A stretch of DNA of 32,862 bases, from NCBI GenBank assembly GCA_964655975.1, contig CAZZPG010000001.1, forward strand, positions 1 through 32,862, read 5' to 3'. Shown in pieces: positions 10,351-19,321 of this stretch. Position numbers and translations under genes: made by a program. This DNA comes from an uncultured Flavobacteriaceae bacterium. GTDB taxonomy: Bacteria > Bacteroidota > Bacteroidia > Flavobacteriales > Flavobacteriaceae. The notes under the pieces were generated by a model. The model was not told the origin of the DNA, ran no database searches, and was given only the letters and a program-made list of their open reading frames with translations. The stretch's first letter is position 1; each line of letters begins with the position of its first letter.

Positions 10351-12168
10351 ATGAGAGTTTTAAAGCAAATATTTTTCTTAATAGCATTTATTTTAATTGG
10401 CTGTAAATACAAAAGTAAAGATGAAATAATTAGACAAGGGCTATCTCCTTTAACAGTATCCGTGCAATTAAACAAAGGAGCTTATAAAACCGAAGATATT
10501 ATTAAAGTTAAAATAACTCTCGAAAATAAAAATAGTAAAGTAGTTACTATTAAAAAAATAGGATTAAAAGTAGTAAATATTACTGACGGTTCAAGTTCAT
10601 TAATAAGAGAATTAAAAGGTACTGGATTTGAATGGGAAATTAAAAAGAAATTTACTTTAGAACTTGCTATTAAATTGCCAAAACAATTTAGTGGAGGTGC
10701 TTATGGCGTATATATTACACAAAAAGAAAAAGGCTATAAAGTAGATGAATCGTATCAAACTTTTTTTAGAATTATAAATGATGATGAAATTACTGTATTT
10801 AATATTGAAACCGAACAGGTAAACAATGTTCCTGTTTTTAAATTAGATGGAGGCATGAGTGCAGAGTATATAGTAGAAAAGTCTGCTGAAAATTTTACTT
10901 CTGGTATTTCTCATTCTTGGAAAGTAAATGCTCCTGGTTCTGGACCAAATCATGTATTAGGAACCCCAAATTATTTAGAAAAATCAGTAAATAAAACGAT
11001 TGATTTTTATAATGACACCTTTGGAGAAGATACCGAAATAAAAACTGTATTGGTAACAACAGGATTTCCATCCATACCCTATATTTCTAATGCCTTGAAC
11101 GCTCCTGTTTTACCAATGCATTATTTGGTAAGTATAAATACAGTTAAAGAAGTTCAAACGATTTTAAAAACAGCAAATGATAATGGTATTGCATCTTACG
11201 CAACGTTAAGTCACGATCCTTCTGTGCCTTATGCGGTTTCTTGGATTAAGTTGTTAGAATTGCCAAAAGCTTATACTGATTTTATCAAAAAACATAAAGT
11301 AAAAAATGTGATAATTCTTGGGGCTACAGGAACAAATGGAGGAGAAACAAAAGCAAAACAATTATTGTATAATAAAAAGATTGTTGGTCAATATGCCAAT
11401 AGAAGTATTTATATTATGTACCCAGGTACTTCTCCTGATGATGTAGAAACTTTAAATACCAAGATTGTAGATCTAAAAGAGTTTAAACAACAAGATGATT
11501 TTATTCAAATTGTAGATTGGGAAAGTGGGATTAACCAAAAACAATTGACCAATTTTAGTAAAGATGCCAAAGCAATAGATTCAAATATATTGGTAAGTAC
11601 AGTAACCGCTAAAAACTTAGGAAGATTGTACAGTTTAGGTGCCTACAGCACATTGGCATTAATGAATAAAAACAGAGATAAGTTTAATGATGTGAAAGGT
11701 GTTATTCTTAATCCATATTTAATAGCACATCCTGTTATAGAAGTAAAAAAAGGATTTATACCTTTATTATATTGGCAATTGGTAGGAGCTAACCATACGG
11801 TTTACAATATGGAAAATGATGCTTTTAAAGCAATTAAATATTTTTATCCAAAAACTAATCTAAAAAACTTAAAATTATGGTTAAATTCTACTCGAAATTT
11901 TGGAGCAGTTTGGTCTGCTACCAATCTAAAAAAAGAATTGGTTAAAAAAGGATATACCAATATTATTGATAATAATTACGAAGTAGATGAAGTTTGGGAT
12001 TTATCTGACGGTGTAGAATCTCCCAGTGAATTACTTTTCAAAGAAGTAAATGACAATTATGGATTTAAAAGCTTAAAAATATGGAATGATTCACTGAAGC
12101 CTTTAACTATTAAAGACATACAAGAACTGTCTAAAATATTTGGGGGGTTTGAAGTAGAAACTAAATAA
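10351..12168 (+). CDS. Hypothetical lipoprotein B, paralog of 8558..10342
   Basis: 605-aa ORF with lipobox LIGC (Cys18), 8 bp after paralog A. Shares PVFKLxGGxSAEY, SGISHSW, TIDFYND, WIKLLxLP and DWExGI with A. Confidence 0.85.
   Translation: MRVLKQIFFLIAFILIGCKYKSKDEIIRQGLSPLTVSVQLNKGAYKTEDIIKVKITLENKNSKVVTIKKIGLKVVNITDGSSSLIRELKGTGFEWEIKKKFTLELAIKLPKQFSGGAYGVYITQKEKGYKVDESYQTFFRIINDDEITVFNIETEQVNNVPVFKLDGGMSAEYIVEKSAENFTSGISHSWKVNAPGSGPNHVLGTPNYLEKSVNKTIDFYNDTFGEDTEIKTVLVTTGFPSIPYISNALNAPVLPMHYLVSINTVKEVQTILKTANDNGIASYATLSHDPSVPYAVSWIKLLELPKAYTDFIKKHKVKNVIILGATGTNGGETKAKQLLYNKKIVGQYANRSIYIMYPGTSPDDVETLNTKIVDLKEFKQQDDFIQIVDWESGINQKQLTNFSKDAKAIDSNILVSTVTAKNLGRLYSLGAYSTLALMNKNRDKFNDVKGVILNPYLIAHPVIEVKKGFIPLLYWQLVGANHTVYNMENDAFKAIKYFYPKTNLKNLKLWLNSTRNFGAVWSATNLKKELVKKGYTNIIDNNYEVDEVWDLSDGVESPSELLFKEVNDNYGFKSLKIWNDSLKPLTIKDIQELSKIFGGFEVETK
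12013..12168 (+). repeat. Direct repeat copy 1 (last 51 codons plus stop of lipoprotein B)
   Basis: Aligns by eye to 14435..14584 with about 20 substitutions and two 3-bp indels. Confidence 0.93.
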
Positions 12169-12211
12169 ACAATCAAGGTTATTCTTGTTGCAATTGCATC
12201 TGGAACTATAA

Positions 12212-12376
12212 ACATATCACCTAACAGATTTTTTTGCAGGTAAAATCATTTATATATCTAATGAAACATATGTAGGAGAAGTTATTTATGGTTTAGGAAT
12301 GGCGATAATGATAGTTCTAGTTGTCTTTTTTACTTTTAGTTCATTATTAAAAGTAGAAAAATATTATAATAAGTAA
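12212..12376 (+). pseudogene. 5'-truncated remnant of a membrane protein gene
   Basis: 55-codon open frame with no proper start, ...GEVIYGLGMAIMIVLVVFFTFSSLLKVEKYYNK*, containing one hydrophobic segment. Confidence 0.4.
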
Positions 12377-12646
12377 TAATTACAAAATTTGTAACGATAA
12401 AGGTTTTTAGCAATAATGATGAAGTTGTAACAAACATTAAAGCTCTTAAGGATTATTAATTATAGTATAAATGTCGTTTAAGTGTCTAACTCAAAAAAAT
12501 CATACACGAGTTAAAAGTCATTCTCTTACAAAAAGTAGAAGCCCTTTTGACAAAATATTTGAAACAAAAATCAGTAATAACAAGAGATACGAAGAGTAGT
12601 ACTTATGAATACATAAACAAAATAGTTACCTCACATAATAACAAAA

Positions 12647-14140
12647 ATGAAAATACTGACAATAACTCTAGTTCTTCTAACCATTGGGTTTTTTGGTTGT
12701 TCAAAAAAAGAGAAAGGAATTATCATAAACGGAAAAACCAATTTAATGCATTCTGTAAAAGTTGAATATACTATCCCTATTGATGGAAAATGGTTTTATG
12801 GAGACAAAAGATCTATAACAACTGACTCTGTTGGGACATTCCAAATAAAAATGAACATTGAAAAACCTTCATTTGTAACTATATATATATCAGGAAAAGC
12901 AGGTGTTTTATTGGTCGAACCGAGCAAAAACTATGATGTAAACTTTGAATTCAATACAAATCAAAAAAAGTTTGGTGTTACATCAAAAGACAGTATCGGA
13001 CAAAACTTTTATAACACATTTTCAGCTCCAGATTTTAATATCTGGAGCGTCAATACTTTTCTTAAAGCGTCAATTCCTTCAGAAATATCCTCAAAAATAA
13101 ATAACCTTAAAGAAAAAGAGATTTCGAAATTTAATGAACTGTTTAAAAAAGGAGAGATTTCAGGTGGCTTTCTTGAACTTGCGATATTAGACAGAAAAAG
13201 TTATTACCTAGCTCTTGAGGTTAAAATTGCCACAATGTTGTTCAAAAGGTATCTTTATGAAAAAAACATGGTTGGAATAAATGAAGTGAAAGATTTTTGG
13301 GGTAAAAAAATGAAAATACTAAAATTAAACGAATCTGAATATATTCGTTCTCCTTGGTTTTACGCCTTGGCCAATAGTTACATAAATTTTAATCAATATT
13401 CTTCCAACAGTTTAGACCATCAACAACTTCGTAATAAATATGAGAGTGGAGATATTTACAAATATAATATTGTTGAAGCCGAAAAATATCTCAAAGGGGA
13501 GGAGCTTGAATATTATCTGTCTTCATATATTTTTTATGAATGTTGGCAAACTAAAGACAACTCTAAAAAACTAATTGAGGCTTATGAATATTTCAAAAAA
13601 AAATATTCTAATAGTAGCTACACCAAATATTTGACTATCTCTGTACAACCAATCATCGATTATCAAAACAAGATTAAGGAATCCACTATCAATAAAAAAG
13701 TTAAACTTGTTGAAAACTATAGATATATAGATACTTTCAAAGAATTAATTAAACTCCAAACTCTTAAAGATAAAAAGATATTTGTTGATATTTGGGGTAC
13801 TTGGTGTGGTCCTTGTAAAAGAGAATTTAGACACAAGGACAAATTGGATAAACTGCTTAAATCGAACAACATTATAACTCTATACATTTGCGAGGGAAAA
13901 AACAGTAAGGAAAACACATGGAAGGAAATGATTAAATTCTATGATTTGGAAGGGCAGCATATAATGGCAAATGAAAAACTGGTAGCAGATATAATTAATA
14001 GATTCGGAAACAATGGTTCTTTTGCCTACCCGCGGTATTTATTGATTGACGAAAACGGAAAGGTTGTGAATGAACAAACTAGTTATCCATCTAAAATAAA
14101 TAAACTCGAAAAAGAAATAGAGGAAAGTTATGTGTGGTAA
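12647..14140 (+). CDS. TlpA/ResA-like thiol-disulfide oxidoreductase lipoprotein
   Basis: Lipobox FFGC. C-terminal thioredoxin fold with FVDIWGTWCGPC and YPRYLLIDENGKVV (cis-Pro loop). Confidence 0.92.
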   Translation: MKILTITLVLLTIGFFGCSKKEKGIIINGKTNLMHSVKVEYTIPIDGKWFYGDKRSITTDSVGTFQIKMNIEKPSFVTIYISGKAGVLLVEPSKNYDVNFEFNTNQKKFGVTSKDSIGQNFYNTFSAPDFNIWSVNTFLKASIPSEISSKINNLKEKEISKFNELFKKGEISGGFLELAILDRKSYYLALEVKIATMLFKRYLYEKNMVGINEVKDFWGKKMKILKLNESEYIRSPWFYALANSYINFNQYSSNSLDHQQLRNKYESGDIYKYNIVEAEKYLKGEELEYYLSSYIFYECWQTKDNSKKLIEAYEYFKKKYSNSSYTKYLTISVQPIIDYQNKIKESTINKKVKLVENYRYIDTFKELIKLQTLKDKKIFVDIWGTWCGPCKREFRHKDKLDKLLKSNNIITLYICEGKNSKENTWKEMIKFYDLEGQHIMANEKLVADIINRFGNNGSFAYPRYLLIDENGKVVNEQTSYPSKINKLEKEIEESYVW

Positions 14141-14434
14141 TAGCATATAAAATTCATACTACATTTAAAGAAAAACCGTAAAACCAAAACAACCAATTAA
14201 AATTTGTACTAGGATGAAAATTCTTTGGATTTTTTTGCAGCACAAATCTAATACAATACATTATAGAATATAATAAAAACTAAATAAAAATGAAGGGTAG
14301 AATACTCATAAAGCCTCTCTTATTAATACCAATTATATTATTCAGCCAAACCACAATCGTTAAAATAAATGTATATGATTGAGTTTGTAACACAGTGTAA
14401 ATAAATCACTTAACTTTTTATTCACCTCATTCAA

Positions 14435-14584
14435 GTAGAATCTACCAGTGAGTTATTGTTCAAAGAAGTAAATAATAATTATGGATTTAAAAGCTTAAAA
14501 ACATGGAATGATTTAAAACCTTTATCTATTAAAGATATGCAAGAGCTTTCAATAATATTTGGAGGGTTAATAGAAACTAAATAA
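14435..14584 (+). pseudogene. Direct repeat copy 2: stranded, diverged 3' end of lipoprotein B
   Basis: Translates VESTSELLFKEVNNNYGFKSLKTWNDLKPLSIKDMQELSIIFGGLIETK*, against VESPSELLFKEVNDNYGFKSLKIWNDSLKPLTIKDIQELSKIFGGFEVETK* in gene B. Its stop directly abuts the GH2 stop. Confidence 0.93.
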
Positions 14585-17500
14585 CTATGATTCTTTAATA
14601 ATTACTAGTTCTTCAATAATTATATCTTTACCTTCAAGATGCAACTTTAATATACCGTCTTGACTATCTTCACGCATGATATGATATTTTAATAGCGTAT
14701 CTTTTCCTGTTTTTTTAGAAGATTCAATTCGCCCTTCAAAATTGATTTTATTAAGTTTTTTAATATCCTTTATTTTTACATATAAAGTACCTAAAATTCC
14801 TTTAGGGCAATCTATTATCATGGTAATAATATTACCTACCCAACCTATATTGTTTTGACTTTTTACTTTAACAGTATAATCTGATTTGTCTAATAATAAA
14901 TATTTATCATTGTCTTTTTTCCACTCTAGAGAAGTATCTGCTTTTAGGTTTCCTGATGCTTTTATATATATGATAGGATTTTTATACTCTTTTGGTATTT
15001 CAACATAATTATTTGATGATGTTAAAGAAAATAATGAAGCTATCTTAGCAGAAGAAACTTCAGTACTTGGATTGAATTTTTCGGAATTCATATAGTTTAA
15101 CAAACTATACTTTAATTGTTTTGAAGCCACTAACGAATCGTTTTGGATATCAAAACCAGATACTAATAACTTTCCCTTACCAACTTTTAATTCAAACAAA
15201 ATTCCCATCTTATTATTTCTATGAAAATCATCTACTGGTTGAGCAATTGGTCTATATTCATGAGGGAAATTATTTAAGAGAAATGCTTTAGAATTCTTAC
15301 TGATAGATTCCCATTGCCAATCACTATGAAAACTAGTTGGAAACTCAGAAAAGGCATGATTATCATCATCAACCAACAATCCTATATTTGTTTTTCCTTG
15401 TCCAGGAAAATAGGTCAATGACCAGTATATGGAATAGAAATCAAACTTTACACTAGTATCTTTAGAGCCTAAATTGGAAGCATTTAATAAGACTGATTTA
15501 CCCTCTTTTAAGGCTTTAATAGTAGCCTCATTAAAGGAGTCAGTTACCAAAATGGTGTTTTTATCCAGCGTAGGTGTTTTCTTAGGAAACACCCAAACAT
15601 TCCAACTATTTTCAAAATCAGTTTCCTCTATTGAACTACTTATTGTTAATTTAGTAGCTTTTAAAATAGAATTTAAAGGAAATTTGTAAGAAGCAATTTT
15701 TGTTAATTCTCCATTTTGGATAGTTATTGGTGATTTTTTTTGAGAAAATATAATTGTACCTGATTCATTTTTAATTTTAAAAAGAACAGTTTTATTCTTT
15801 AAATCTTCTCTACCGTGATGTGAAATTTCAGTAGAAACCGTTAATATTTCATCATTTGTCCAAACAAATTTTTTAAATCGAGCAAGTGGTACAGTAGAAT
15901 TAAAATGTTTTCTAAATTCTTTTGGTGTTGTAATATTTTTAGAACCCCAAAACGCATCTAACCATCCAATTAAGGCTTCTCCTTGACCAGGATAATCATT
16001 GATTCCTAACAATTGAATACCAGCACAACTAGGGGTTCTTAAAAAAGATTCAATTTCATATTTATACAGCAACTGGTTTAGTGCGCCAGATGCCAATTGA
16101 AATTTACGAGATTGATTTTCAATACCATTTTTACGAGCCTGTTCTCTAAAAATTTCAAAATTTCTAGCTTTTAAAACTCCTGTATATTTTTTAATTTCTT
16201 TCCAGTCTGGATATACTGGCCATTGTCCAATTTCATGAGCAATAATAGGTATTTTATTAGGGCTATAGACACTTTCATAATCCCAATTGGTACTTGGTTT
16301 TATCGTTCCTCTCACCAGTCCAACACCCTCAATAAAATGTGTTACTGCATAATCGTAATTTTTGGTAATTCTTCTTGCAGTAGAAGCTGCATAAAACCTT
16401 CTAGGGTCATACTGTTTCAACTCACCAATCCACTTATCAATCACATTAAAATCAGCACTTCCCAATTCATTACCAATACCAAACATAATAAATGAAGGAT
16501 GGTTTCCATAGGTATCAACCACACGATTCATTTCTTCTCTAATAAATTGATCTCTAATGGAATCTTTTCCAACACCAATTGTATTATGCATCCAATTATC
16601 TAACCAAATACCTGCTTCTGCTTGAATATAAATACCTAATCTATCTGCAGCAACAAATGCGGCTTCTGGAGGACACCATGAATGAAAACGAACATGATTT
16701 AACCCATATTCTTTATAAGTCTGAAAAATTCGCTCCCATTCTTTTACATTACAAGATGGATATCCAGTTAATGGAAAATGAACATTATCTAAATTACCTC
16801 TTAAAAAAGTAGGTATGTTATTGATGTATATTTTTGTGCCATTATGACTTATTTTTCGAAGTCCAAAACTCATTTGAGATAGTGCTATGGTTTTATTCTC
16901 TTTAAGAATTGCTATTTTTAGTTTATAGAGATTTGGAGTAAATTCACTCCAAGGAGCTATTTTTTTATTAAGAGGAATCGTTATTTTTCTTTGCCTATCT
17001 TTGTTATAATTACAAACTACTTTTGTAAAGGAGAGTACTGGTGTTTTAGTTTTAATATTTATAAACGTAAATTTTAGATTAGATTTTTTTGGTATAACCC
17101 CTTTGATGTTAAATTTTATAGAAATTAAATCTTTATCATAATCACCATAAATTTGAATTTTTTGAATATCTATAGTATTTTTAGCTATTAACTCCATTCT
17201 ACCAACAATACCATTCCATAGTGTTTGTGTATGCTCAGTATAAGAATGTCCTTTAACACCAATATTATGAATCATTTCATTATTTACATGAATAGTTAAA
17301 GTATGTTTTCCTGGAATTAATTTACCTAATTGATGAATATGTGGCGTTCCAAGAGCATCTTTTGTATCAAATTCAATACCATCGACAAAGACTTTAGATT
17401 CCCATAGCACACGCTCTAAAAATAAGGAGATTTCTTTATTTTTCCATTGTTTTGGAATTTTAATCTCTCTCGAATAAAAAGCAGTTCCTACATATTTATA

Positions 17501-17758
17501 GTTTGGGGTTAATCTTGCAGTACCTGCTTTTATAGTTTTTATACCATATCCCCCTTTTGCTAGAGAACCTGGAAGAATAATCTTGTTTAAAAATAAATCT
17601 TTTTTTGGGATATTATTATACCCAATAATCATAGAGTCTAAAAAAACATTCCAATTACCTGAAAGATTAATTGTGTTCTTTAAATTATTTCTCACACAAC
17701 TTGTGCTAATTGAAATGATACTAAAAATTAACAGGTGTTTATAAAATGGACGTAGCAT
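14585..17758 (-). CDS. GH2 family glycoside hydrolase (lipoprotein; specificity uncertain)
   Basis: N-terminal LSGNW/LPGSL/LFLERV sugar-binding domain, FGLRKI, GLNHVRFHSWCPP, NHPSF..IGNEL (acid/base) and HEIGQWP (nucleophile region). Lipobox STSC. Confidence 0.92.
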   Translation of the reverse strand: MLRPFYKHLLIFSIISISTSCVRNNLKNTINLSGNWNVFLDSMIIGYNNIPKKDLFLNKIILPGSLAKGGYGIKTIKAGTARLTPNYKYVGTAFYSREIKIPKQWKNKEISLFLERVLWESKVFVDGIEFDTKDALGTPHIHQLGKLIPGKHTLTIHVNNEMIHNIGVKGHSYTEHTQTLWNGIVGRMELIAKNTIDIQKIQIYGDYDKDLISIKFNIKGVIPKKSNLKFTFINIKTKTPVLSFTKVVCNYNKDRQRKITIPLNKKIAPWSEFTPNLYKLKIAILKENKTIALSQMSFGLRKISHNGTKIYINNIPTFLRGNLDNVHFPLTGYPSCNVKEWERIFQTYKEYGLNHVRFHSWCPPEAAFVAADRLGIYIQAEAGIWLDNWMHNTIGVGKDSIRDQFIREEMNRVVDTYGNHPSFIMFGIGNELGSADFNVIDKWIGELKQYDPRRFYAASTARRITKNYDYAVTHFIEGVGLVRGTIKPSTNWDYESVYSPNKIPIIAHEIGQWPVYPDWKEIKKYTGVLKARNFEIFREQARKNGIENQSRKFQLASGALNQLLYKYEIESFLRTPSCAGIQLLGINDYPGQGEALIGWLDAFWGSKNITTPKEFRKHFNSTVPLARFKKFVWTNDEILTVSTEISHHGREDLKNKTVLFKIKNESGTIIFSQKKSPITIQNGELTKIASYKFPLNSILKATKLTISSSIEETDFENSWNVWVFPKKTPTLDKNTILVTDSFNEATIKALKEGKSVLLNASNLGSKDTSVKFDFYSIYWSLTYFPGQGKTNIGLLVDDDNHAFSEFPTSFHSDWQWESISKNSKAFLLNNFPHEYRPIAQPVDDFHRNNKMGILFELKVGKGKLLVSGFDIQNDSLVASKQLKYSLLNYMNSEKFNPSTEVSSAKIASLFSLTSSNNYVEIPKEYKNPIIYIKASGNLKADTSLEWKKDNDKYLLLDKSDYTVKVKSQNNIGWVGNIITMIIDCPKGILGTLYVKIKDIKKLNKINFEGRIESSKKTGKDTLLKYHIMREDSQDGILKLHLEGKDIIIEELVIIKES

Positions 17759-17775
17759 ACTTTTTTTAAAAGAGT

Positions 17776-17804
17776 CAAATCTAAAATTAAATACTTTTTA
17801 CAAA
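17776..17804 (-). promoter_or_regulatory. Bacteroidota sigma70-type promoter for the GH2 gene
   Basis: Minus strand reads TTTG-N17-TAGATTTG (-33/-7 consensus TTTG...TAnnTTTG), 17 nt upstream of the ATG. Confidence 0.6.
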
Positions 17805-17986
17805 GTATAAATATTGAGCGTTTAAGTATAAAAATCCATTTTTTAAATTCTAGTATAGTTTGATAGCTACAGATTAAAATAATAGAAGCATTTAGGCTAT
17901 AACTAATATTTGAACTATTTAGACTAATAATATAACCTGTTTTAATTTGAACTTTACAATATTGCCTTAAATTTTAAAATAAAACA

Positions 17987-19303
17987 ATGCGGATGTCAAA
18001 ACAAAAGAAAAATACTTTTATCCCAATCGTAATTATAGCAGGTTTATTCTTCATTTTTGGGTTTGTAACTTGGATTAACGGAGCATTGATTCCGTTTATG
18101 AAAACAATTAATGAATTAACCGATGCACAATCTTATTTGGTGGCTTCAGCATCATACATCTCTTTTGTTGTGATGGCCTTACCTGCTTCATTAATAATAA
18201 AGAGAATTGGTTTTAGAAAAGGGATGTCACTTGGATTAATTGTTATGGCAATTGGTGCATTGCTATTCATACCAGCAGCTGAAGCCAGAACTTATTGGAT
18301 GTTTTTAGCTGCAATTTTTGTTCAAGGGTTAGGAATGACTTTATTGCAAACAGCTTCAAACCCATACATTACAATTTTAGGCCCTATAGAAAGTGCTGCC
18401 CAACGAATTTCTATTATGGGAATTGCAAATAAAGTTGCAGGAGCATTAGGATCTTTAATTTTTGGAGCTATCTTATTATCAGGAATTGATGATGTAAAAG
18501 AAAAATTAGGAACTATTTCATTAGAAGAAAAGAATGAACTTTTAAACACAATGGCAGATAGTGTTGTAATGCCTTATATAGTTATGGCAATTGTCTTAAT
18601 TATTTTAGGCTTGTTAATTAGAAGAGCACCACTTCCGCATGTAGAAGCTGAACCAATAGACAAATCTCAGGACGGAGATGCTGCGAAAACAAGTATCTTT
18701 CAATTTCCACATTTATGGTTAGGTGTGTTGGCATTATTCTTATATGTAGGGGTTGAAGTAGTTGCTGGAGATACCATTATAAATTATGGAATTTCATTAG
18801 GTATTCCTACAGAAAAAGCAAAGTTTTTTACCATGTACACACTTTTTGCAATGGTTGTAATGTACATGCTAGGAGCATTATTAATTCCTAAATATTTAAA
18901 ACAAGATTTAGCCTTAAAAATAAGTGCTATTTTAGGAATTATATTTACCACTTGTATCATTTTTACAACAGGGTTTACATCTGTTTTATTTGTTGCCGCT
19001 TTAGGTCTTGCAAATGCATTGGTATGGCCAGCAATTTGGCCACTGACCTTAAAAGGGTTGGGTAAATTTACAAAAACTGCATCGGCATTATTAATTATGG
19101 CAATATCAGGTGGTGCAATTATTCCACCTTTATATGGTCGTTTTGTTGATGGTAATAAATTAGAGTTAATCTCACAAGGATTAGATAATGCAACTGCATT
19201 ATCACAAGCCTCAACAAGTAGTTATTGGATATTATTTCCTTGCTATATCTTTATATTATACTATGCAATGTTAGGGCATAAAGTTGGCTTGAAAAAAAAT
19301 TAA
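17987..19303 (+). CDS. MFS sugar transporter, FucP/GluP (FHS) family; probable GlcNAc permease (NagP-like)
   Basis: Multiple hydrophobic helices. Motifs LFFIFGFVTWING, LLQTASNPY, FLYVGVEV and MAISGGAIIPPLYG. Adjacent to nagB. Confidence 0.9.
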   Translation: MRMSKQKKNTFIPIVIIAGLFFIFGFVTWINGALIPFMKTINELTDAQSYLVASASYISFVVMALPASLIIKRIGFRKGMSLGLIVMAIGALLFIPAAEARTYWMFLAAIFVQGLGMTLLQTASNPYITILGPIESAAQRISIMGIANKVAGALGSLIFGAILLSGIDDVKEKLGTISLEEKNELLNTMADSVVMPYIVMAIVLIILGLLIRRAPLPHVEAEPIDKSQDGDAAKTSIFQFPHLWLGVLALFLYVGVEVVAGDTIINYGISLGIPTEKAKFFTMYTLFAMVVMYMLGALLIPKYLKQDLALKISAILGIIFTTCIIFTTGFTSVLFVAALGLANALVWPAIWPLTLKGLGKFTKTASALLIMAISGGAIIPPLYGRFVDGNKLELISQGLDNATALSQASTSSYWILFPCYIFILYYAMLGHKVGLKKN

Positions 19304-19321
19304 AATATATAGACTTAAAAC

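Noticed and set aside
12547-12765. 72-aa ORF overlapping the tlpA start
   Set aside because: Off-frame overlap with a gene that has a clear lipoprotein signal, and no recognisable motifs.
12013-14584. Prophage or ICE att sites or an IS target duplication explaining the 150-bp repeat
   Set aside because: No integrase or transposase lies in the insert, and the repeat is too long and too diverged for a target-site duplication.
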